Source of the DNA: Candidatus Babelota bacterium
Lineage (GTDB): Bacteria > Babelota > Babeliae > Babelales > Vermiphilaceae
Length of the DNA stretch: 64,000 nt
Assembly: GCA_049325595.1 (NCBI GenBank)
Contig: JBMOLF010000012.1
Location: 12,081-76,080 of the forward strand
Direction: 5' to 3'
Part shown: positions 37,610 to 46,718 of the stretch, in pieces
Numbering within the stretch: the stretch's first letter is position 1
Layout: every line of letters starts with the position of its first letter
Program-made: the position numbers and the translations under genes
The notes under the pieces: model-generated
The model's database searches: none
Told to the model about the DNA's origin: nothing
What the model saw: the letters and a program-made list of their open reading frames with translations, nothing else

Positions 37610-38251
37610 ATGAAAACAACCATTTTTTCTCGTTACTCGTTTATATGTAAAACTCTCTTTTTTACTAGTGTACTCAAGCTTGCTTCTTTTTTAAAAGTAA
37701 GTTTTGTTATTGGTTCATATATTTCCTTTTTTTCTTTTATGCCCATGATTGCTCCTTTAGCTGGCGCATTTAATGGAATTGCAAGTGCAATGTTAGTAGT
37801 TGGTCTTTCTTTTGCATTAAAAATTATGATGGGCTCCCCTATTTCTTGGGCGTTTCTTGCTTTGGCCGGGATCCCAAGCTTAATGGCATCTTTGGTATGG
37901 ACAAGACATGGTAGAGTAGTTGCGTTTGCAGTTCCTGCTATATGTTTAGGGTTATATTTGTCTTGCCCTCAAACAGCAATTTCTTACGCATCTTTGTGGC
38001 TAATTCCTATGGCTTTATCGCTTAAATCTCATAACAATATATTTTTAACTTCCCTTACGAGTACCTTTGTAGCACATGCAGTAGGTGCAGTTATTTGGGC
38101 TTATTCAGTACCAATGACGCATGCTGCTTGGGTAGCATTAACTCCTCTTGCATTGGTTGAGCGTATTATTTTTGCTGCCGGTATGAGTTTGATCTATTGT
38201 GCTATTAAAGCAACAATTGCTGTAGTAAATGCAAAAAGGTCTATTGCGTAA
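37610..38251 (+). CDS. Integral membrane protein, possibly an ECF-transporter S component
   Basis: 213 aa, about 6 TM segments, small-residue-rich; size and topology fit S components (inference). Confidence 0.55.
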   Translation: MKTTIFSRYSFICKTLFFTSVLKLASFLKVSFVIGSYISFFSFMPMIAPLAGAFNGIASAMLVVGLSFALKIMMGSPISWAFLALAGIPSLMASLVWTRHGRVVAFAVPAICLGLYLSCPQTAISYASLWLIPMALSLKSHNNIFLTSLTSTFVAHAVGAVIWAYSVPMTHAAWVALTPLALVERIIFAAGMSLIYCAIKATIAVVNAKRSIA

Positions 38252-38285
38252 TTATCTATTAAATTCAGGCTTTGTTAGGGGTATT

Positions 38286-38975
38286 ATGATTACGCATCTT
38301 GCCTGTATTATGGATGGCAATCGCCGATATGCACAGCAAAAAGGGCAATTGGGTTGGTTTGGGCATCGTCAAGGAATTGAATCGGTAAAGTTAGTTGCTG
38401 ATTATTGTTTGAAAAATCATATTCCTTATCTATCTTTATATGCTTTTTCTCTTGAGAATTTGAATCGATCTGAAATCGAGAAAAATTATTTATTTGATTT
38501 ACTCATTGAACAGGCTCAGCTAGGAATTGATCAATTTGTAGAAAAGGGCATACGGATTTGTTTTGCAGGAGAAAAATCTTTGTATCCCAATCATATAGTA
38601 CCCGTATGTAATGAAATTGAAAAAAAGACAGCATCAGGTACTCATTTACAGATAACATTTCTTTTTTTCTATGGTGGACGACAAGAAATTATTCATGGCA
38701 TAAAACGCATAATAAATGAGGTAAAAAAAGGAATTTTAACAGAAGACCATATTACTGAATCTTCTTTAAAAAATTATTTATGGACTGGTAATATTCCAGA
38801 TCCTGAACTTATTATTAGAACGGGTAAGGTAAAACGGTTAAGTAATTTTTTGCTCTATCAATCTGCTTATAGCGAACTTTATTTTTTGGATTGCTTCTGG
38901 CCTGAATTAACTGAAAATCATTTAAATGAAGCAATAACATTTTTTAATGCATGTAAAAGGAATTTTGGTCAATGA
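38286..38975 (+). CDS. uppS: Undecaprenyl diphosphate synthase
   Basis: HLACIMDGNRR, LYAFSLEN..RS..E, YGGRQEI, PELIIRTG..RLSNFLLYQ.AYSE. Confidence 0.97.
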   Translation: MITHLACIMDGNRRYAQQKGQLGWFGHRQGIESVKLVADYCLKNHIPYLSLYAFSLENLNRSEIEKNYLFDLLIEQAQLGIDQFVEKGIRICFAGEKSLYPNHIVPVCNEIEKKTASGTHLQITFLFFYGGRQEIIHGIKRIINEVKKGILTEDHITESSLKNYLWTGNIPDPELIIRTGKVKRLSNFLLYQSAYSELYFLDCFWPELTENHLNEAITFFNACKRNFGQ

Positions 38976-39958
38976 ACTATATGACGGTACTTGGTGAAGG
39001 GGCTTGGGGAACTGCTTTTGCAACATTGCTCGCGAGCAATGGTTATAAAGTAAAATTATGGTGTCACGATCCAGCGGTAGCACGGGTAATTACCACCAAA
39101 CTTGTTAATGAGCGTTATTTGCCAGGAATACCATTAAGTCCTTTGATTGAACCAACAATTTTTCTAGAAGAAGCTCTAAGTGCTTCGGAATTTATTTTTG
39201 AAGCAGTACCTGTTCCCTACATTCGTGGTTTGGTAGGCAAGGCAAAAAATTATGTTGATCCTTCTCATATTTGGGTGATTTTAAGTAAGGGCATTGAACA
39301 AGATTCATTATTTTTCCCGAGCCAGATTATCGATGACGTGCTTGGGTTTACTGCTCAAAAAGCGGTAATAAGTGGACCGAGTTATGCGTATGACCTTGCT
39401 CATCAATATTGTACGGCTGTTGCATTGGCTGGATCGTCAGAAAACATTGGTCAACGAATACAAACTCTAGTAAGTAACTGTTATTTAAGAGCTTATTTAA
39501 CTAACGATTTATTAGGAGTGCAGTCAGGCGGTGCCTTAAAAAATGTGCTTGCCGTGGCAGTAGGGCTACTGGATGGCGCGGGATATGGCGATAATGTAAA
39601 AGCTTTTTTAGTGACCCGTGGTTTTGCTGAGCTGGTTATTATTGCACAATTATTAGGAGGCCAAAAAGATACGCTTTACGGCCTTTCTGGTATGGGTGAT
39701 CTTATGCTCACTGCTTTTGGCAAGCAAAGTAGAAATGTGGCAATAGGAAGAGCTTTAGGTCGCGGTGAAAAAATAGATCTTATTAATACCCCTGTTTTAC
39801 CTGAGGGTATAAAAACAATTGTTTCGGTAAAGCAGTTGCTCGATAAGCATTCACTGAATCTTCCTATTTTTAGAGGGATTCATGAAATGGTATTTGAAAA
39901 TAAGCCAATTAAACAATTTTTAAATGAGTTGATGCAAAGACCACTTGAGTGTGAATAA
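38972..39958 (+). CDS. gpsA: NAD(P)H-dependent glycerol-3-phosphate dehydrogenase
   Basis: GEGAWGTA, SKGIE, SGPSYA, GGALKNV.A, GLSGMGDLMLT, SRN. Confidence 0.96.
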   Translation: MNYMTVLGEGAWGTAFATLLASNGYKVKLWCHDPAVARVITTKLVNERYLPGIPLSPLIEPTIFLEEALSASEFIFEAVPVPYIRGLVGKAKNYVDPSHIWVILSKGIEQDSLFFPSQIIDDVLGFTAQKAVISGPSYAYDLAHQYCTAVALAGSSENIGQRIQTLVSNCYLRAYLTNDLLGVQSGGALKNVLAVAVGLLDGAGYGDNVKAFLVTRGFAELVIIAQLLGGQKDTLYGLSGMGDLMLTAFGKQSRNVAIGRALGRGEKIDLINTPVLPEGIKTIVSVKQLLDKHSLNLPIFRGIHEMVFENKPIKQFLNELMQRPLECE

Positions 39959-39983
39959 ATCATACCCAAGCGGCTTTTTTTTG

Positions 39984-40469
39984 TTACAAAATATCTTTCC
40001 AATAGGGATCGGGCTTATCTTCTTGATGTTCTCTGGTAATAATATCTTTAGCAGTGATATTATTTTTAAGGCTAAGACCGCTTTGAGTTTTACCAAAGAT
40101 TCCTTTTTGTGGACGTAGTTCCTTTTTTTCCCATGCAAAATATAATGTTCGGTTAGAAGAAGAAGCAAAGGTATACGACTTTATTGCTTGCCGCGCGGTT
40201 GCAGGATTTTTGTACTGAACAATTAATCGTAAAAAGCCTTGCTCAATATCTACTGTTTTTTGAATTGAAGGAATAACTTTTCCTTTTTTTGCAGGAACCG
40301 TAATGCTTTGGAAATAAGTTTTATTAATTACCGGATCAATTAGTGAGATGATAATTGGATAGTCATCGTGATTACGGATCTCAAAATTAATGCCTTGTTT
40401 ATATTCAGCTTCGGTCAAAGCATTAAGTTTGAAAGAAAATAAGGTCAAAATAAATATTATTTTTTTCAT
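39984..40469 (-). CDS. Small exported protein, FEIRNHD family paralog 1
   Basis: Signal peptide; FEIRNHD and FAWE...LRPQKG...TQSGLSL.NN.T motifs. Confidence 0.8.
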   Translation of the reverse strand: MKKIIFILTLFSFKLNALTEAEYKQGINFEIRNHDDYPIIISLIDPVINKTYFQSITVPAKKGKVIPSIQKTVDIEQGFLRLIVQYKNPATARQAIKSYTFASSSNRTLYFAWEKKELRPQKGIFGKTQSGLSLKNNITAKDIITREHQEDKPDPYWKDIL

Positions 40470-40474
40470 ACTCT

Positions 40475-40981
40475 TTATTTTCGATTTAATACATAGTCAT
40501 TTTGTTGCATATTCCAAATCAAAATATCAAATGGTCGTACATTAAGATTTAAGCTAAGGCCTGATTGGGTTTGACCATTTTTTCCTGTTTGCGGTCTTAA
40601 TTCATTATTTTCCCATGCAACAAACACAGTTTTATTTGGTGCAAAGGTGTAATGTTTAAAAGCTGGTTTATTATTTTTATCAGTATATTCTACTGTTAAA
40701 AATAATGGTTCTGTAATATCTAATCTTTTAGATAAGCTTTGAACTTTGCCAAATATTTTTTTCCCCGGTATTTCTGCTTTCCAAATTATTGCATCTCTCG
40801 GACTTAAGATAAATAAAGGATCAGCGACATTAACAAGAGGGGTATCTGTTGGTTTTAATGTGATAATAATGGGCTTAGAATCATGATTTCTAATTTCAAA
40901 TCCTATGTCTTGAGGATTTTGCCATTCTATTGCTTGTATAGATAAAACCATTAATAAACTAGATAATAAATAGAGCTTCAT
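40475..40981 (-). CDS. Small exported protein, FEIRNHD family paralog 2
   Basis: WQNPQDIGFEIRNHD; FVAWENNELRPQTG...TQSGLSL. Confidence 0.8.
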   Translation of the reverse strand: MKLYLLSSLLMVLSIQAIEWQNPQDIGFEIRNHDSKPIIITLKPTDTPLVNVADPLFILSPRDAIIWKAEIPGKKIFGKVQSLSKRLDITEPLFLTVEYTDKNNKPAFKHYTFAPNKTVFVAWENNELRPQTGKNGQTQSGLSLNLNVRPFDILIWNMQQNDYVLNRK

Positions 40982-40996
40982 TTTTTTCCCTTTTTT

Positions 40997-41482
40997 TTAA
41001 TCTTGAGGCACAAATATTGGTAAATCATTTTGAGTTACATTATTGTTCAGGCTCCAACCACTTTGAGAAGTGCGTTGAAAAACTCCTCTTCCTTTTTGGG
41101 GACGCAAAGAACCATTTTCCCAAGCAACAAAAATAGTTTTACCTGGTTGTATAAGATAAAGCCGTTGTTCTGCTTGTTGTGTTCGTGAATTTGTATAATC
41201 AACGACAAGACCAAAAATTCCTTCGTGAATGTCTAATGGATGCTGAAAATGAGCAATTCTGGTTCCTTGTTTTGCAGGAACTACAATATTTTTAAATAAA
41301 TGTGCTACGGGCGTAACATCATTAGGATTTTCTGGATTTTCGGCAACTAATTGTTGTAATGATACCGTAATTGGATATCGATCATGATTTCTAATTTCAA
41401 AACCTATGTCTTGAGGATTTTGCCATGAACGGCCGAATGAAAGATTAGTGAGCAATAGAGTTAAAATAAAAATTTTTTTCAT
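40997..41482 (-). CDS. Small exported protein, FEIRNHD family paralog 3
   Basis: WQNPQDIGFEIRNHD; FVAWENGSLRPQKG...SQSGWSLNNNVT. Confidence 0.8.
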   Translation of the reverse strand: MKKIFILTLLLTNLSFGRSWQNPQDIGFEIRNHDRYPITVSLQQLVAENPENPNDVTPVAHLFKNIVVPAKQGTRIAHFQHPLDIHEGIFGLVVDYTNSRTQQAEQRLYLIQPGKTIFVAWENGSLRPQKGRGVFQRTSQSGWSLNNNVTQNDLPIFVPQD

Positions 41483-41497
41483 ATGAGTACTTTCTAA

Positions 41498-41956
41498 TTA
41501 TTGAATTTTTTTAATACCGGCTTGGGTAATATTATTTTCTAAGCTAAAGCCAGATTGGGAAGTTTTAGAGAAAATACCGGTTCCTTTTTGTGGACGCAAA
41601 CTGTTATTTTCCCAAGCTAAGAATAATTTTCTGCTTGGTGAAAGTTGGTACAGAGCGCGACGAGGTTTACCCTTATCGCTATAAGTAATTTGTATAATAT
41701 AACCAGGAACTGTTGGATCTATATCATAATTAGTATAAGCAGTAATTTTAGATCCTTTTTTGCCAGATATTTCCTGATTATTAACCAAAATATAATCAGG
41801 TTTCATAGTTCCTAGCTGCCATAGGGTAATTGCAATAGGATTTATATCATGGTTTCGTATTTCTAAGCGTGGCTCGATCATTCCATAATCAGCCTTTAGT
41901 AAAGCATTACAGCTCATCAATGCCAATAAAGTAATTATTATTTTATGTATCTTCAT
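41498..41956 (-). CDS. Small exported protein, FEIRNHD family paralog 4
   Basis: LEIRNHD; FLAWENNSLRPQKG...SQSGFSLENNIT. Confidence 0.8.
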   Translation of the reverse strand: MKIHKIIITLLALMSCNALLKADYGMIEPRLEIRNHDINPIAITLWQLGTMKPDYILVNNQEISGKKGSKITAYTNYDIDPTVPGYIIQITYSDKGKPRRALYQLSPSRKLFLAWENNSLRPQKGTGIFSKTSQSGFSLENNITQAGIKKIQ

Positions 41957-41976
41957 TGCTTACTCTCCTTTTATTA

Positions 41977-42780
41977 TTATTTTTTTTTAGCTTTTTTACT
42001 TTTTTTTGTAGTTGATAAACTTGATTGCAATGCAGCAACTAAAGTGTGATCTTCTTTAGGTTTTGAAATTTTCTTTTTAGCAGCAGTTATTTTTTTTGTT
42101 TTTTTACCTGCTTGAGCAGTTTGAATAGCTTTTATTAATTTTGCTATAAAGGTATTTTTATAACCGCTAATATCAAAAGAATTAGTGGATAACTGAGTTA
42201 TTAATTGTTGTGCTAGGGTTAATTCTTTACTTCTGGCTTCCAGTTTTGATTTTTTTATTTCTGGAATTGGCTTTATCTCATAAGCAAAATTTAAAGTTGA
42301 TAATAATAATATATTTTCATGGGCACTCAAAGCACAGACATGATCACGTTCGTGCATTACAAAATGTCCAATGGCGACTTTATTAGTTTTTATCATAGCA
42401 TGTAACAGAACCCCATAAGCTTTTTCATGCTTGGCAGTAGGCACTATGTAATAATGATTTTCAAGGTAAATAAAGGGAATTAATGAATGGTCTATAAATT
42501 GATCAACATCAATAGTATCAGTTTTCTCAGGTTTTAGCTTTTTTAAATTTTCTTGCGTGATTATAAAATAACTTCCATCTTTTAATTTAATTCCTTTTAC
42601 TATCTCATCCCAATTAACTTCTTTATTGCAATGCTCACACCACCGTTTGTATTTCACCGGTTCTTTGCATTTGGCGCATAATAACTGAAAACCAGGAGCA
42701 TGAGGACGTACTGCGGTGTATAACCGTACTGGTATGCTTACTAAGCCAAATGAGATAGATCCTTCCCAAATAGATTTCAT
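41977..42780 (-). CDS. ku: Non-homologous end-joining DNA end-binding protein Ku
   Basis: IWEGSISFGLVSIPVRLY, EIVKG, YY..P...AY..L, Y.N.F...L, L.AALQ.SL, basic C-tail. Confidence 0.95.
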   Translation of the reverse strand: MKSIWEGSISFGLVSIPVRLYTAVRPHAPGFQLLCAKCKEPVKYKRWCEHCNKEVNWDEIVKGIKLKDGSYFIITQENLKKLKPEKTDTIDVDQFIDHSLIPFIYLENHYYIVPTAKHEKAYGVLLHAMIKTNKVAIGHFVMHERDHVCALSAHENILLLSTLNFAYEIKPIPEIKKSKLEARSKELTLAQQLITQLSTNSFDISGYKNTFIAKLIKAIQTAQAGKKTKKITAAKKKISKPKEDHTLVAALQSSLSTTKKSKKAKKK

Positions 42781-42785
42781 AATAG

Positions 42786-43247
42786 CTACCTTACTGGATT
42801 ACGAACTTCACGTACATCAGCCATTGTTACATTGCGTGACAAATTAAAACCTGAATCAGAAACGCGAGCAGGACAAATACCTTTTCCTCGTTGAGGTCGT
42901 ATTCTTTCATCTTCCCATGTAATAAAAATAGTTTTTCCAGGTTTTACTTGATAGCGCTTGAGAGTGGATATTCCTTTTTTAGTTTTATAATGAATGCGTA
43001 GTTCATACTGAGATTTAATATCTAATTGCTTTGAAAAACTTTCTTGATTTGGTGCAAGACGCTGTTTTTGTATAAGTAGCGCTTTAGTTGGTTTTATTTG
43101 ATACAAAGAAAAGTAAATGTCTCCTGGACCTTTATTTTTAAACTCAAATCCTATGTCTTCAGGAGATTTCCAAATTTTGCCAGCAACCGCGGTAATTGAA
43201 TTGCTCAAATTAATGAGTAAAAATAAGAGTATCATTGGATACTTCAT
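42786..43247 (-). CDS. Small exported protein, FEIRNHD family paralog 5
   Basis: WKSPEDIGFEFKN; PGKTIFITWEDERIRPQRG...SDSGFNLSRNVT. Confidence 0.8.
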   Translation of the reverse strand: MKYPMILLFLLINLSNSITAVAGKIWKSPEDIGFEFKNKGPGDIYFSLYQIKPTKALLIQKQRLAPNQESFSKQLDIKSQYELRIHYKTKKGISTLKRYQVKPGKTIFITWEDERIRPQRGKGICPARVSDSGFNLSRNVTMADVREVRNPVR

Positions 43248-43326
43248 GTGCCCCCCTTTTAATATCCCTGCTAAGAAATATTGTTACAGTTTGGCAAATA
43301 TGAAGTAAATAAATTAATCTAAAGAC

Positions 43327-43361
43327 AAAAAAAATACCGACAGTAAAAACACTGTCGGTAT
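43327..43361 (-). terminator. Intrinsic terminator of the 43381..43995 gene
   Basis: ataccgacagt/actgtcggtat stem followed by a T run on the minus strand. Confidence 0.85.
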
Positions 43362-43380
43362 AGAATTATTTTTTAGTAAC

Positions 43381-43995
43381 TTATTCTTTTAATGATTCAG
43401 CATCAAGAAATATTATTGATATTTTTGGGGTGATAGCAGCATTATTTAAATTGGTATCAATAAAGGTGCTAATTATAGAAAGCCATTGTTCAGGTAAGCT
43501 TTCATCACCAAGAATTTGTTGTGCATGGTCAACAGAACGTACAACGAAATTAAACCATTCTTGAGATATTTTGGTATTTTTAAATAAATCAAAAGATAGT
43601 ACTACGATTTCTGCTGCTTGGGTATTTTTGCAACTAATAGTTTCAAGATCTAATTCTTGCATAATTAAATCAATAGATGGCTGCATTACAAAGCCCATTG
43701 CTATGGCAGATTTGAGAAGATTCATTCCTTCATCAAGTAAAGCAGAATCCATATGAGCAGATGTGTTAATTTTATGTTTGAAGTTATCAGCAGATTTTAC
43801 AAATTCTTGCCAATCGTTAGATTCGTTTTGTGGCTTGAAAATATAAAAGGAATGATCAAATCCTGTTGCAATGTTAGATACTTCTTGCAGATATTGCATA
43901 ACTTGCTCTTTAGTTGGTTCTTGTTCGTTATTTTCACATGCAATTAATCCATGTGAAAGACATAATAAAGAACTGAGTAAAAGTAGGCGTTTCAT
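43381..43995 (-). CDS. Exported hypothetical protein (possible lipoprotein)
   Basis: MKRLLLLSSLLCLSHGLIAC N-terminus; AAGGA RBS. Confidence 0.7.
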   Translation of the reverse strand: MKRLLLLSSLLCLSHGLIACENNEQEPTKEQVMQYLQEVSNIATGFDHSFYIFKPQNESNDWQEFVKSADNFKHKINTSAHMDSALLDEGMNLLKSAIAMGFVMQPSIDLIMQELDLETISCKNTQAAEIVVLSFDLFKNTKISQEWFNFVVRSVDHAQQILGDESLPEQWLSIISTFIDTNLNNAAITPKISIIFLDAESLKE

Positions 43996-44093
43996 ATAAA
44001 TTCCTTTTATGATCTAGATAGGTATATAATAGATTTGAATTCTTACTAGTCTAACAAAGGTTGCATCTAGCGTCAAAAAGATAGAAAATTATC

Positions 44094-44822
44094 CTATAAA
44101 ACTCCTAAGCTGCGCAGATCTGATCGCAATTTTCTTACCGAGCTAAATTTAATTCCTATCCAGCCATTTTTGCTTGCAGCTTCGACATTTTTTTGTTTGT
44201 CATCAATAAAAATAATAACGGTTGAATTATCGGGGTTATAGCGCTGGTTATGGAGTTGAAAAAGACTGTTTTTTGGTTTGCATTCTGATGCGCATTGTAT
44301 GTGCCCTGTAATACCATCAAAGATGCTAGTCTGATTGGGAATGCCATAATCTACAATGGTTCCTCCATTCATATAAGAAAAGAGCATATTTTTATAGTAA
44401 GAAGAAAATCGATTAACAATAATTGGTAAATATATTCTTCCAATATTAGAGGCTATGCGTTGGGTATATCCTTTTTCAGATAGTTCTTTGATCAAAGAAG
44501 TTATACCTTTAATAGGCACGTAGGCATTAGCTACTTCTTTTATATAGCATGCAAGTTGTGTTTGTTTATTTTGTTCAAAATAATGAGCATATGCTTCGGC
44601 TGCTATATATTCTTCTTTTTTTGTAATAGTTTTAATACCAGATCTTAATAATTGAGCATTTTTAATAAGGGTAGAAGAATAACGAAGGGTAATAGCAGCG
44701 CATTCAGATTTTTTTTTACGTGCTATTGTTTCATGAATATCCCATGCAAATTCAATTTTTTTATGAGCAATATCAGCCGGACAAATTCCATGCGGCCAAT
44801 AAATATGGGTACGTTTTTTCAT
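44094..44822 (-). CDS. HAD-like protein (DxH motif I)
   Basis: FAWDIHETI, IASN, KP, IFIDDKQKNVEAA..GWIGI.F. Confidence 0.8.
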   Translation of the reverse strand: MKKRTHIYWPHGICPADIAHKKIEFAWDIHETIARKKKSECAAITLRYSSTLIKNAQLLRSGIKTITKKEEYIAAEAYAHYFEQNKQTQLACYIKEVANAYVPIKGITSLIKELSEKGYTQRIASNIGRIYLPIIVNRFSSYYKNMLFSYMNGGTIVDYGIPNQTSIFDGITGHIQCASECKPKNSLFQLHNQRYNPDNSTVIIFIDDKQKNVEAASKNGWIGIKFSSVRKLRSDLRSLGVL

Positions 44823-44941
44823 AGTATTCCACCCTTAGTAGAATGTTTTTTAGTGTGGGTGACCCATATAAGTATATCAAGTTTAGTAAAAATTAAAAAA
44901 ATAAGAGTTTGTGCAATTGTATAGTAGTGTTTTGAATGCTA

Positions 44942-45715
44942 TTAACTTAAAATACCCAGTTCTTGTAAATCAATTCTTAATTTTTTTGTGGTAGTAAAAT
45001 GAATACCGATCCAGCCATTACGGTTGGCAGCTTCGATATTTTTTATTTTGTCATCGATAAAGATTATGATTTTACTATTATTACCATTATAGGTTTGATT
45101 ATATGTTTTATATAAATCATTATGTGGCTTTGGTTGTTTTGCATAAGAAAGTGGTTCTTTAGTTATTGATCGAATATCATGGATTGGTAATCCATAATCT
45201 ATAATAGTTCCACCATTCATATGTCCAAAAAGCGGACATTTAAATTTTTGTATAAGTCTATTATTAAGAATTGCTAAATGTCTTTTACCAATATTAGAAG
45301 CTAACCGATGAGTATATCCTTTGCTAGAAAGTTCATGAAGCAAAGGCACTATTCCCTTGGTTGGTTTGTAAGCATTGGCAATTTTTTCAATAAACTGTGC
45401 TATTTTAGGTTTATTTTTTTTCCTAAAATGTTCAGCATACGCTTCACCGGCTGCATATTCATTTTCTTTTTTAATTTTTTTAATATCAGATCTTACCATG
45501 CCAATATTGCCAATTATGGTTGGTAAATGAGTTAATGTAATCCCAGCAATCTCCCCTTTATTTTTTTGACAAAGGGTTTCGTGAATATCCCAGGCAAATT
45601 CTATTTTTTTATTTTTAAGATCTTGAGTAGTTATTCCAGGTGGAAAACTGATTTTTGCATACATGCAATTGCTCAATGTAAGTATGCATAATACTATTTT
45701 GTTTATTTTTAACAT
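44942..45715 (-). CDS. HAD-like protein with signal peptide
   Basis: Signal peptide ending MYA; FAWDIHETL, LASN, PKP, IFIDDK..NIEAA..GWIGI.F. Confidence 0.8.
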   Translation of the reverse strand: MLKINKIVLCILTLSNCMYAKISFPPGITTQDLKNKKIEFAWDIHETLCQKNKGEIAGITLTHLPTIIGNIGMVRSDIKKIKKENEYAAGEAYAEHFRKKNKPKIAQFIEKIANAYKPTKGIVPLLHELSSKGYTHRLASNIGKRHLAILNNRLIQKFKCPLFGHMNGGTIIDYGLPIHDIRSITKEPLSYAKQPKPHNDLYKTYNQTYNGNNSKIIIFIDDKIKNIEAANRNGWIGIHFTTTKKLRIDLQELGILS

Positions 45716-45781
45716 GTTTATTACCCCTAATATTTTTGAACATGCTTCAAAACAAACCTTCTTTTTTTTAGAGTATTAATG

Positions 45782-46603
45782 TTATGGCAAAACACCAAGC
45801 TTGATTAAATCAGATTTTAATTGATGAGCATTTTTAAATACTATGCCAATAAAAGAACCTTGTTTGATTGCTGCTTGGACATTTTCTTTCTTATCATCAA
45901 TAAAAATAAAAAGTTTGTTGTTATCTTTATTATATTCGTTAGCATATTCCTCAAAAAAGCGTTGATCAGGTTTGCTTACTCCGCCACTTTTTACCACTTT
46001 ACCTTCAAGGTTTTGAGTATTTTTGGTAAATAAAGAAAAAACATTATTCTTTTCTTGTGATAATTGCTTTTTTAAATGTTCAAAAACAACATAATTTATA
46101 TTTGAAGCTACACGTAAGGGTATTTGTTTTTCTGCTAATTGTTCGATAATCCCTGCAACGTGAGTATCAAGTTCCAACGAGTTTGCCATACTTATAAGCA
46201 AGCGAACTAATTCTGGGTCCTTTTCCTGAATGGGCTCTATAAATTTTTCAATCGTAAGTTCGGGAATTTGTATAAAGCCGCCAGCCAAAGGTCGCAGTAT
46301 CATTTGTGCAAGACCAGCGGAGGCATGTTTTAATAACGACAAGCTAGTTAAGAAAGAAAATAATTTATATCGTGCTGGATCATTGGTGAGCAGATTAAGT
46401 TGTTTTTTTAAACTGCCATTTAAAATTACTTTATGAATATCAAATGCGCATTCAAGTTGTTCTGATTCATATTTTTCTTTAATGAGCTGCTTTGCTTTTT
46501 CAAAGGTCATTGCTTGTGGAAATAATATTGAGCTTTGAGCGGCACTACATAAAACAGGTATAAAAAGTAGCGTAAAAATAAGTCTAAAATGACGTAAAAT
46601 CAT
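45782..46603 (-). CDS. HAD-like protein with signal peptide
   Basis: Signal peptide ending CSA; AFDIHKVI, VASN, SKPD, IFIDDKKENVQAA. Confidence 0.8.
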   Translation of the reverse strand: MILRHFRLIFTLLFIPVLCSAAQSSILFPQAMTFEKAKQLIKEKYESEQLECAFDIHKVILNGSLKKQLNLLTNDPARYKLFSFLTSLSLLKHASAGLAQMILRPLAGGFIQIPELTIEKFIEPIQEKDPELVRLLISMANSLELDTHVAGIIEQLAEKQIPLRVASNINYVVFEHLKKQLSQEKNNVFSLFTKNTQNLEGKVVKSGGVSKPDQRFFEEYANEYNKDNNKLFIFIDDKKENVQAAIKQGSFIGIVFKNAHQLKSDLIKLGVLP

Positions 46604-46718
46604 AAAATCCTCCAGATAATGTTAGTATATCAAAAAAGACTTATTTTTCAAAATGTCAATTTTTATTGTATTTAAGTAACTAAATTTTCATTGCTCAGTA
46701 TGACAAAATCAACTAATT

